Positions 9,830-17,461 of a stretch of 64,000 nucleotides of DNA are shown piece after piece. This stretch comes from a virus (Duplodnaviria; Caudoviricetes): positions 128,001 through 192,000 of the IMG/VR virus record IMGVR_UViG_3300037067_016777, one strand, 5' to 3'. Below the pieces are notes generated by a model that was not told the origin of the DNA, did not search any database, and saw nothing but the letters and a program-made list of their open reading frames with translations. Position numbers and translations under genes: made by a program. How positions within the stretch are numbered: position 1 is the first letter of the stretch; each line of letters starts with the position of its first letter.

Positions 9830-10822
9830 CTATGCTACACCAAAATGGTGGTTTATTGAATGCATAATTCCAATATTGCCCTCGACTGCAGCAGAGAAGG
9901 CCGCATCCCAATATGGCGATAAAATTTTCCAGCTTAATGATTTCTCGATTCTTTGTCTATTGTCAGCGCCAACCTTTTGTCTTAAATCTTTATTTTCTAA
10001 TGAATATAGTTTCTTATTCATCTCTTCTACTACTGTTTTCTCTGGATTGACTGGAATGATCCAGTCTGGAGCTAAAATCATTCTTATCGAGCCAACGTCA
10101 GTGCTCACAACTGGAAGCCCACATGCACAAGCTTCTAGTACCACTCTAGGCATACACTCACTCAGGCTCGTCATAACTAGGACATTAATAGCATTGTAAA
10201 ATCGCAACATATGATCTAACGTTCTTTCTATAAAGAACTGCTTGCCATGCTGCGATTGTATTTCTACCTTGAAATCAAGTTGATCTAATAAATGCATTCT
10301 CTTAATATCATCTCGTCTACCAGCCCAACCGACAATTAAATTAGTGACATATCCATTACCCTTTTTTGATAATGACGGAATTGGTAGCCTCTCACCTGTA
10401 CATTTCCAATTCTTTTTTGTTTTCCATGTTGAAATTATTGGAACTTTTTTAATTGGCTTAAAAAATTCTGTATCTATGCCTTCTGGAAGGAATATCGTTG
10501 GACATGAATAGTGCGATTTACAAAAATCGAACGTTTGTGGAGAAATACCGACTGCGAGATCTAGATATGGGTATGGTTGTAAGTTTAATGTTGGCCCAGC
10601 GTGTCCCCCGATAACCTTTACTCCTGCGCGTTTAGCTTTTAAACACAATTCGAGCGCTTCAGGAGATATATCTGGCCCATGAATGTAGATCGCATCAAGA
10701 CCTTCTAATTTACATTCATTGTGCCGATAAATTGTGATCTGGTGTTTTGAGTATCTCTGTTGTTCTTTATCTAGGAAATAATATGCCCATCCAAACTGAT
10801 CAACAATTTTAGCTATTCTCAT
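9830..10822 (-). CDS. GT4-family glycosyltransferase
   Basis: SLSECMPRVVLEACACGLPVVSTDVG (EX7E), GIDTEFFKP. Confidence 0.88.
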   Translation of the reverse strand: MRIAKIVDQFGWAYYFLDKEQQRYSKHQITIYRHNECKLEGLDAIYIHGPDISPEALELCLKAKRAGVKVIGGHAGPTLNLQPYPYLDLAVGISPQTFDFCKSHYSCPTIFLPEGIDTEFFKPIKKVPIISTWKTKKNWKCTGERLPIPSLSKKGNGYVTNLIVGWAGRRDDIKRMHLLDQLDFKVEIQSQHGKQFFIERTLDHMLRFYNAINVLVMTSLSECMPRVVLEACACGLPVVSTDVGSIRMILAPDWIIPVNPEKTVVEEMNKKLYSLENKDLRQKVGADNRQRIEKSLSWKILSPYWDAAFSAAVEGNIGIMHSINHHFGVA

Positions 10823-10867
10823 TAAATTAATTTTTGGATTTAGTACTTATCTAGTTACATCTATGTA

Positions 10868-11260
10868 CTAAAAAGAGATTGGTACTCTTAGTTCTTCTGG
10901 TAAATTGTCGCCTTCGCAATGCTCTGGATGCTCATTGAGATGATGCCAGCGACAAAGAACAATAAGATCTTCTTTCTTTTCACACCAAAGCCTAGTGTAA
11001 CGTAAATGGTGAACTTCTAAATCATGTTTTTCATCGCATCGTTGACATTTATGATTTGCATTACGCAGCGCTTGCCTGCGTCTGCACTTCCACCATTTTG
11101 TTTTTAGATATTCATTATATGGTAATTTTGGGTAGCATTTACCATTAATTGTTAATATTATTTTATGCCTTTTTGTCTGCCGAGTCTTCTCTCGTCTCTC
11201 TCGTTTTGCTCGCTTGCGTAAAATCTCAATGCGTTCATCTTCAGTAAGTTTAGTTGGCAT
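10868..11260 (-). CDS. HNH endonuclease with Arg/Lys-rich N-terminal helix
   Basis: YLKTKWW..RR...CQRC...LEVHHLRY...DLIVLCRWHH. Confidence 0.85.
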   Translation of the reverse strand: MPTKLTEDERIEILRKRAKRERREKTRQTKRHKIILTINGKCYPKLPYNEYLKTKWWKCRRRQALRNANHKCQRCDEKHDLEVHHLRYTRLWCEKKEDLIVLCRWHHLNEHPEHCEGDNLPEELRVPISF

Positions 11261-11261
11261 G

Positions 11262-11642
11262 ATGATCTAGATCAGGACCCTTTTCCCGGCAGGGATAGTG
11301 GCCAAACCTTAAAACAAACGCTCTTTTATCAGTACTCAATGACGTTAAAGTTGGAGTTCATGGAAGCCTTTTTATCCCCGCACGGCCCAGGTCATAGGGT
11401 TGGAGGTTGCCTGGAGTTTTTTAATGGCTTCTTACACTACCGCTGCGGCATCCTGTTCCGGTTCGTGCCGGTGCCGCTTTCCCGTCGCCAATCTGGTTGA
11501 AAGCATCATGGCTTGTACTTTTGACGCCTCATGACTCAACGCTCGGCTCGACTTTAACGAGAACCACGATGATTAGGTTCTATCACAGATCATTCTTGAT
11601 AAAAGCACGCGTGACAACTAAACTGCCAATTTATATTGTCAC
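11262..11642 (-). ncRNA. Putative large structured RNA directly upstream of the HNH gene
   Basis: No long ORF, raised GC, nested complementary pairs: 11323-31/11597-605, 11338-42/11590-94, 11343-51/11551-59, 11358-62/11530-34, 11363-68/11426-31, 11387-91/11410-14, 11445-50/11472-77, 11561-65/11576-80, 11611-17/11636-42. A G-U wobble favours the minus strand. Confidence 0.55.
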
Positions 11643-11660
11643 TAAGCAAGAAAGAACACG

Positions 11661-11793
11661 CTGAGATTGTCTATCATCCCCAGTGTGTTCAAAAGTCCAC
11701 ACTGAGATTGTCTATCATCCCCAGTGTGTTCAAAAGTCCACACTGAGATTGTCTATCATCCCCAGTGTGTTCAAAAGTCCACACTGGGGATGA
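11661..11793. repeat. Three perfect tandem 41-bp repeats ending in a 14-bp inverted repeat
   Basis: ctgagattgtctatcatccccagtgtgttcaaaagtccaca at 11661, 11702, 11743; final tcatccccagtgtg-N10-cacactggggatga. Confidence 0.95.
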
Positions 11794-12033
11794 CTGCGAC
11801 AGCTTTGAGATTAGGCTCGACAGATCTAACCGGTCAGTCTTTAGACATCAACGGCTGCGATCACTGTGTGAGATTTTGGATTTTTGGGATTAGGTGCTGC
11901 TTGACTTTTGACGTTTGTGACGGTAAATCTAACCGTAAAGACGGCTGCGATCATGTGTGTCTATTTGTCGTTAGTCGAAATTGAAATACATCTATCTACT
12001 CATTGAGATTGATCTCTGATTTATGTCAAGTGT

Positions 12034-12264
12034 TTAAAATCCGATCCTAGTACGGTTCTTATTGGTATGATGGCTTTTGTAATTTATCAATATCAACCAG
12101 CAATAGGTGGTCAGACTGCCAGTTATAAATCCAATTATGCCTTGAATGTATACTAGTGAGAAGTTAATTACCAGACTGCAAAGTAGACATAAAGATATAT
12201 ATAGTAACAGCTTTACCACTTCCTCTTCTGTAATTCGGCTGTGCATAGTATTCAAATACGCCAT
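12034..12264 (-). CDS. Small hypothetical membrane protein
   Basis: Two hydrophobic segments; start trimmed to MAYLNT to avoid overlap with dUTPase. Confidence 0.4.
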   Translation of the reverse strand: MAYLNTMHSRITEEEVVKLLLYISLCLLCSLVINFSLVYIQGIIGFITGSLTTYCWLILINYKSHHTNKNRTRIGF

Positions 12265-12310
12265 ATGGAACGCTTGGGATATATCTAGGCTTGAGATGTA
12301 TTTTAATATT

Positions 12311-12736
12311 ATGCAAATAAAATTCCAGAAATTAGTCGATCGTGCCATAATCCCAACAAAGGCTACACCATTCGCTGCTGGGTTTGATATCGCTAGTATT
12401 GACACCTATGAAATCTGCCCTGGCGAATCCCATATCTTCCCTACTGGTTTAGCTGCCAGCATTGAAGAGGGATATTGTGTCGTCTTATTTGATCGGTCTG
12501 GGATGGGTGCGAAGAAGAACATGCATCGGCTTGCTGGTGTAATCGATAGTGATTATCGAGGGGAGTGGTTGATCTGTCTTGTGAATCTCAGCCGTGATAC
12601 TTATGTTATTCACGAAGGCGATAATATAATTCAGGGATTGGTAATTCCAGTACCCCAATTATCTATCGTCGAGGTGAATAATCTTGACGAGACGGATCGT
12701 GGTAATAAAGGTTTTGGAAGCTCTGATAAGCGCTAG
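12311..12736 (+). CDS. dut: Trimeric dUTPase
   Basis: AAGFDI, DRSGMG, GVIDSDYRGE, IIQG, RGNKGFGSS; start refined to MQIKFQKL. Confidence 0.95.
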   Translation: MQIKFQKLVDRAIIPTKATPFAAGFDIASIDTYEICPGESHIFPTGLAASIEEGYCVVLFDRSGMGAKKNMHRLAGVIDSDYRGEWLICLVNLSRDTYVIHEGDNIIQGLVIPVPQLSIVEVNNLDETDRGNKGFGSSDKR

Positions 12737-12779
12737 TTGAATAGTATCTGTCCCATAACTTACTTAAGGAATTTCAATT

Positions 12780-13256
12780 ATGAAGAGATTCGTAGGTGTC
12801 ATGTGTTTATTGATTATTTTCGTTTCAGTGAACACAGCGTTTGCACGTGGGCGTGGTGGGCGTCGGCAATCTAGTGGTGGAGGACAAACCTCTGCCTCTC
12901 AAAACGCAACAGTGGATAAGGCACCCACCTATGAAGTTGAGCATCGACTTCTCAACGCCATCAATGCTATTCGAGAGAAATATGGGTTGAAGGCTCTTAT
13001 ATTAGATGTACAATTACACCGCACTGCCCGCCAACACTGTGGATGGATGGCAAATGCTCACAATATGGTCCATTCTACTTTCCCATATGCTGAGAATATT
13101 GCCATGGGCCAACCCGATGTTGACGACGTTATGAATGCTTGGATGAACAGTAGTGGACATCGTGCTAATATCCTAAATCCAAGCCATACCAAAGTTGGGT
13201 TATCTGGATATTACTCTCCAAGTGGGAGTCCGTTTTGGTGCCAACAGTTCGAATAA
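12780..13256 (+). CDS. Secreted CAP (SCP/PR-1) domain protein
   Basis: Signal peptide ending AFA; INAIREKYGL, AENIAMGQ, WMNSSGHRANIL. Confidence 0.9.
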   Translation: MKRFVGVMCLLIIFVSVNTAFARGRGGRRQSSGGGQTSASQNATVDKAPTYEVEHRLLNAINAIREKYGLKALILDVQLHRTARQHCGWMANAHNMVHSTFPYAENIAMGQPDVDDVMNAWMNSSGHRANILNPSHTKVGLSGYYSPSGSPFWCQQFE

Positions 13257-13359
13257 AGCACTCCCTAGATGGGTGGTTCAGATGAAGCTTAAATTACCGC
13301 CCATTGGATTTTACTACAATCGTTCACTCGCAGTTTCAGAAGAAATACGAAAGGAAATC

Positions 13360-13629
13360 ATGGCTAAAATTGAATTGGATATGGGTGTCGAAGCACGCGA
13401 TCGCGTTACTGGACTCAAGGGAATTATTACCGGGAAGACGATCTACATCAACGGTTGTGTTCAATGGCTTTTGAAGCCCCCTGTTGATAAGGACGGCAAG
13501 CTCGTTGATGGTTGTTGGATTGATACAATTCAACTAGAAGTAACAGGTCCAGGTATTTCAATCGAGACACCAGAGGTTACTCCGGGTGGCCCCAGGGTGG
13601 ACGCACCACCAACGGCTTATCGCAGTTAA
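13360..13629 (+). CDS. Conserved small phage protein (SH3-like)
   Basis: ARDRVTGLKGIITG...GCVQWLLKP...W.D..QL pattern; AAGGA RBS before MAKIEL. Confidence 0.7.
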   Translation: MAKIELDMGVEARDRVTGLKGIITGKTIYINGCVQWLLKPPVDKDGKLVDGCWIDTIQLEVTGPGISIETPEVTPGGPRVDAPPTAYRS

Positions 13630-13668
13630 CGAAAACACCAAAACTATCAGACTAATAGGAGAATTGAA

Positions 13669-14406
13669 ATGGCAAAGCTGCATCAGATTGTGGCGTTGGT
13701 GAAATCGAAGAAGGCACAAGCGGAATCGGGCCTAACGAAATTGTATCATCTTCTCCAGAAGACCGACCTGCTCGGCGGCATTGCGAGGAACTATCGCCCC
13801 GTCAATGACGAGGATACCGACAAGTTGCCGTCCGAATCCAAGCGGGTTCAGCTGCGCATCCCTGAGGCCATCGAACAGGCGAAGGATGTTCTTGGTCCGA
13901 TGATTGACCTCGTTGCCACTCAGGATGTTGCGAACACGCAGGCTTTCGCCGATATCGTTATCGACGGCACTGTCATCGTCGCACATGTTCCGGCAACACA
14001 TCTGTTGTTCCTTGAACACCGACTTGAAGATCTGTCTACTTTCGTCAGCAAGCTTCCGACTCTTGATCCGTCCGAGGTTTGGCGTCTCGACGACCAAGAG
14101 GGCTGTTATGCGACGGAGCCGTCCGAAACAGTTCGGACGAAGAAGATTCCGCGCAACAATGTCAAGTATGACGCGACCGACAAGCATCCAGCACAGGTCG
14201 AGACATGGATGGAGGACGTTCCTGTTGGCCGCTGGATGACAACGAAGTTCTCCGGTGCGATTCCCGAGGCCGACCGGCGAGCAATGGTCGTCCGAATCCG
14301 CAAGATGCAAGACGCCGTTAAGACGGCGCGATGCGAAGCGAATTGCATCGACGTTCAGAACGTTTCGGTAGCTAAGGATTTCCTCGGCTACATCTTCGGC
14401 GATTAG
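13669..14406 (+). CDS. Conserved uncharacterised helical protein (resembles the DUF7873-type family, recalled from memory)
   Basis: MAKLHQIVA..., R.Y.P..E....LP.ES.RVQ, VPATHLLFLE..L, LPTLDPSE.W, TKK.PR..VK..ATDKHPAQVE...EDVPVG.W...KFSGA, AVK.AR.EAN; AGGAG RBS; visibly higher GC than flanks. Confidence 0.85.
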   Translation: MAKLHQIVALVKSKKAQAESGLTKLYHLLQKTDLLGGIARNYRPVNDEDTDKLPSESKRVQLRIPEAIEQAKDVLGPMIDLVATQDVANTQAFADIVIDGTVIVAHVPATHLLFLEHRLEDLSTFVSKLPTLDPSEVWRLDDQEGCYATEPSETVRTKKIPRNNVKYDATDKHPAQVETWMEDVPVGRWMTTKFSGAIPEADRRAMVVRIRKMQDAVKTARCEANCIDVQNVSVAKDFLGYIFGD

Positions 14407-14439
14407 ACGCATCAGAAGATCTATAAGATCGATGCGTTT
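14405..14439 (+). other. Stem-loop at the stop codon (possible processing or boundary hairpin)
   Basis: agacgcatc/gatgcgttt with inner gatct/agatc. Confidence 0.6.
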
Positions 14440-14449
14440 GATTTATAGT

Positions 14450-14846
14450 TAGTACAGACTCAGACTTTTGTTCAGATTCAGAGACGGTTAACAGTCCAGG
14501 TTCGAATCCTGGTCCCCGCACTTACGAAGAAAACACGCGGGGGTAGCCCAACGGCAGAGGCAAAGCCGCCCATCAATTTCAGACTATTACTACAGACTTA
14601 GCATTACGTCGAGGACCAAATCGAAGTCTCCAGCCAAATTGACCCCGTGGATGCCTGTGCAACTCAGGTCGGCCGCTCTTGGGCAGATTAATTAAGCGGT
14701 CGTCGTACAATCGAAGTACACATGGGTATAAGACTTAGGCTGTAGATTAAATGGAGATAGTTGGTCTGTGAATTCGACGCGTAAATTGCTTGCAACAATT
14801 TCACACAGCCCCGGTGGACCGGATATGTCCACTGGGGCGCTTTTTT
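14450..14846 (+). ncRNA. Putative ncRNA with two circularly permuted tRNA-like modules (YrlA-like topology) and CAGACU repeats
   Basis: Module 1 (14483-14570): T-arm ccagg-TTCGAAT-cctgg, 7-bp acceptor tccccgc/gcggggg, UA, D-arm gcc..GG..ggc. Module 2 (14644-14726): gcctg-TGCAACT-caggt, cggccgc/gcggtcg, gtac/gtac. Long enclosing stem 14601-32/14752-89. Confidence 0.8.
14808..14846 (+). terminator. Rho-independent terminator
   Basis: gccccggtggac-cggatat-gtccactggggc followed by gcTTTTTT. Confidence 0.85.
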
Positions 14847-14874
14847 ATCAGATAAAAATATCTAAGAGGTGTAA

Positions 14875-15174
14875 ATGAGTGAAAAAAGATGCCCTACTTG
14901 TGGGCTATTTTTAATAAAGGAGATTGTTGAATTATCTCCTGCTTATATGTGGGATTGCCCTAACTGTGGCCGTGAAAACTTTCAAAGATCTATAACCCTA
15001 GCAATGTCAGATGAAGATCGCTTTCACATGGGATTAGGTCCAGAGGAAAGTGGATGCTGGCAGAGTTATCCAGACACTGTGATATGCCGCTTTTGTGAGC
15101 AACAGTATAAAACTAAGCATGTAAATCGATCTCGTGAAGATAATGATGAGGGGGAAGAAGATGATTTAACGTAG
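14875..15174 (+). CDS. Zinc-ribbon protein
   Basis: CPTC, CPNC, CRFC; GAGG RBS. Confidence 0.7.
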   Translation: MSEKRCPTCGLFLIKEIVELSPAYMWDCPNCGRENFQRSITLAMSDEDRFHMGLGPEESGCWQSYPDTVICRFCEQQYKTKHVNRSREDNDEGEEDDLT

Positions 15175-15534
15175 GTGTGTAAAGACAATCACACCATACT
15201 CATCATCAGAAATAGAATAATAAACACGTCGAATGCCACGTAGTCTAATCATATTCTGACATTTGATACAAGGACAAGCATTACCAAGGGAATTATCGCT
15301 TAATATTCTAACGACAAAAATTTCCGACCCACGGTTTAGTTTTCTCACCAATCTGGCTTCAGCATGAGAGCATGCTCTGGCGTGTGGCTGGCGGCATATA
15401 ACATTATTGGCAGTAACAACAGTCCCATCATTTCTGATACCAACAGCACCAAGCCGATACATACGTTTAATACCGTTATCGCCCTTAGCAGCAATTGTTT
15501 TAGCAAGACGGAAATAACGTTCTACTTTCGACAT
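15166..15534 (-). CDS. Cytidine/dCMP deaminase-like zinc protein
   Basis: HAEARL ... ACPCIKC ... GIRRVYYS. Confidence 0.8.
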   Translation of the reverse strand: MSKVERYFRLAKTIAAKGDNGIKRMYRLGAVGIRNDGTVVTANNVICRQPHARACSHAEARLVRKLNRGSEIFVVRILSDNSLGNACPCIKCQNMIRLRGIRRVYYSISDDEYGVIVFTHLR

Positions 15535-15604
15535 AATATGTACTAGCACGAATCGCGGTAGAAGTTAACCAAGAAAATCTCTCTGACTATAACGGTATAG
15601 ATCT

Positions 15605-16153
15605 ATGATTCAATCAATAAGGTTTAAGACAGATTGGCGATGTTTCAAAGAAGGCGATCTATTTGAGTTTAATCCCAGCGTCAATCTATTGGTAGGCGAT
15701 CAAGGGACAGGGAAAAGTTCTCTTCTATCGTTGTTCCGGACGTCAATATACAACAAGCCGGATTTCAGGAAGTTAGTCGACCTCAAAAGTGATGGCGCGG
15801 TCGAACTGCGGTTATTCGACTTCGAACACGATAACCCAAGAACACGGGGATACGTCAAATTCGCGGCTGATGTATACATGCGTTATCAGTCGCACGGTAA
15901 CTGTGTTCTTGCTTTATTTGATGTTTTAGATGAGCAGGCCGATACACGGAAGTGTTTCGTGCTCGACGAACCAGATATGGCTTTGAGCGTCCGCTCGATA
16001 AATAAAATCACTGCGAAACTACAGGCAACGAACCATCAGGTTATCGCTGCCGTACATAATCCTTTTCTGATACGTGCTTTCTCGCAGGTTTTGTCTATCG
16101 AGCACAAGCGTTGGATGTCGTCCGAAGAGTTCATCACACTTCATATTCAATGA
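15605..16153 (+). CDS. Small ABC-type (AAA_21-like) ATPase
   Basis: GDQGTGKSS Walker A, SHGN signature, FVLDEPD Walker B, AVHNP H-loop. Confidence 0.85.
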   Translation: MIQSIRFKTDWRCFKEGDLFEFNPSVNLLVGDQGTGKSSLLSLFRTSIYNKPDFRKLVDLKSDGAVELRLFDFEHDNPRTRGYVKFAADVYMRYQSHGNCVLALFDVLDEQADTRKCFVLDEPDMALSVRSINKITAKLQATNHQVIAAVHNPFLIRAFSQVLSIEHKRWMSSEEFITLHIQ

Positions 16154-16806
16154 GGATAAACATGAGTACGGTATTATTTATCAATTTTATTTGTATATGG
16201 ATTGCTATAGCCGCATTACAAATAAGGGTTTCTTTAGCGTCAAAACGATTGAATATGTATCTAAAAACGATACAGCTTATGTCTGACAGACTTAATACTC
16301 AATCTGACATACTCAAGATTCATTCTATGCGAATGGATATTCAATCTACACGTGTAGATTCTATTCAACATCCGATGCAACCGCCCAAAGATATCATATC
16401 TGGTTTCTCTAGTAATTATAGATTCCTGTCGAATTTCTTTCCGGTTACCATGGTCGTTGATGGTGTCGAATATCCGTCGCTTGAAAATGCATACCAGGCG
16501 GCGAAAACGACTGATCTACAAGAAAAGCTATCTTTCGTTTCGATGACAGCAGGGCAAGCTAAGCGGGCTGGTAGCAAAGTTACATTACGTCCGGATTGGT
16601 GTGATGTTCGTATCGGTATCATGGAAGAGTTGGTTCGTAAGAAATTTACGGAAAATCACGACTTAGCCGATGCACTGATGGCGACGGGCACTCTTGAATT
16701 GGTCGAAACTAATGACTGGGGAGACTGTTTCTGGGGTGTCTGCGAAGGAAAAGGCGACAATTGGCTTGGCAAGATATTGATGAAAGTACGGTCCGAACTA
16801 AAATAG
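16150..16806 (+). CDS. NADAR (YbiA-like) domain protein with N-terminal hydrophobic segment
   Basis: FLSNFF, ENAYQAAK, M..LVRKKF, LVE....DCFWG...G.NWLGKILMKVR. Confidence 0.88.
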   Translation: MRINMSTVLFINFICIWIAIAALQIRVSLASKRLNMYLKTIQLMSDRLNTQSDILKIHSMRMDIQSTRVDSIQHPMQPPKDIISGFSSNYRFLSNFFPVTMVVDGVEYPSLENAYQAAKTTDLQEKLSFVSMTAGQAKRAGSKVTLRPDWCDVRIGIMEELVRKKFTENHDLADALMATGTLELVETNDWGDCFWGVCEGKGDNWLGKILMKVRSELK

Positions 16807-16808
16807 GT

Positions 16809-17063
16809 ATGGGAATGATGAGTTTATCGAGCGACGACATCAATGAACTTTCCAAGATGATTTCTGAGGATGTTAATGAATCGCCACTCATAACAGTCCC
16901 AGGTTTCGGGCAGATGACAAAGCAGCAAGCTTTGCAGACCACCATTACTTATCTTCGTCAGATGACCGAGCAACTAGAGCAAGGTACAGCGATCCCGCCG
17001 CATTACTTCGATATGGCTAAAGATCACTACCAAGCTTTTCTTGGTGAATCTATCGCGCCTTAA
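16809..17063 (+). CDS. Hypothetical protein
   Basis: ORF in operon; start refined to first ATG after the NADAR stop. Confidence 0.6.
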   Translation: MGMMSLSSDDINELSKMISEDVNESPLITVPGFGQMTKQQALQTTITYLRQMTEQLEQGTAIPPHYFDMAKDHYQAFLGESIAP

Positions 17064-17125
17064 TTTTTGATTATTCTCTCAGCATAGCCAGTATGTATAT
17101 AACATATTGGTCTAGGAGAATGATT

Positions 17126-17461
17126 ATGGCTGTCGATCTTGAATTGGCTAACCGCGTTGTTGTTTATCTAAATGAATTGGCCGAACTCGATAGACCATGT
17201 GTTGGGGCTCTAATCGCAAATAGAATCCCATGTAATGAAGCTCTTGCCGATCATCCTACATGTCAAGTTTCAGCACAGCATGGTGGTTGTCATGTAGGTC
17301 TATTAGGATTGCTCAATGGCCTATGTGGAAGCTATGATGATGGTCCTAGGAAGGGATGGGGAGCTATAGCGGCGGTGTTTGATGAAGCACCTAAAGGGCA
17401 GTATGCTTGTCTAAGGGAATTTAATATCGTCTTAAACGAAGAACAGAAGCAAAATGAATAA
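17126..17461 (+). CDS. Hypothetical phage protein
   Basis: AGGAG RBS before MAVDLE; RIPCNEALADHPT..V...GLLGLLNGLCG. Confidence 0.7.
   Translation: MAVDLELANRVVVYLNELAELDRPCVGALIANRIPCNEALADHPTCQVSAQHGGCHVGLLGLLNGLCGSYDDGPRKGWGAIAAVFDEAPKGQYACLREFNIVLNEEQKQNE

Noticed and set aside
10868-11260. IscB/Cas9-like nuclease
   Set aside because: Only 130 aa, with no RuvC motifs or PLMP N-terminus.
11661-11793. CRISPR or TIGR-like guide array
   Set aside because: The repeats are head-to-tail and identical with no variable spacers; no cas or Nop-domain gene is in the window.
13732-14412. 226-aa antisense ORF
   Set aside because: It is a shadow of the GC-rich sense gene, with no RBS or recognisable motifs.
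14483-14726. Canonical tRNA genes
   Set aside because: The arm order is permuted and there is no anticodon loop or CCA end. Joining the D-arm of module 1 to the T-arm of module 2 does not give a paired acceptor stem.
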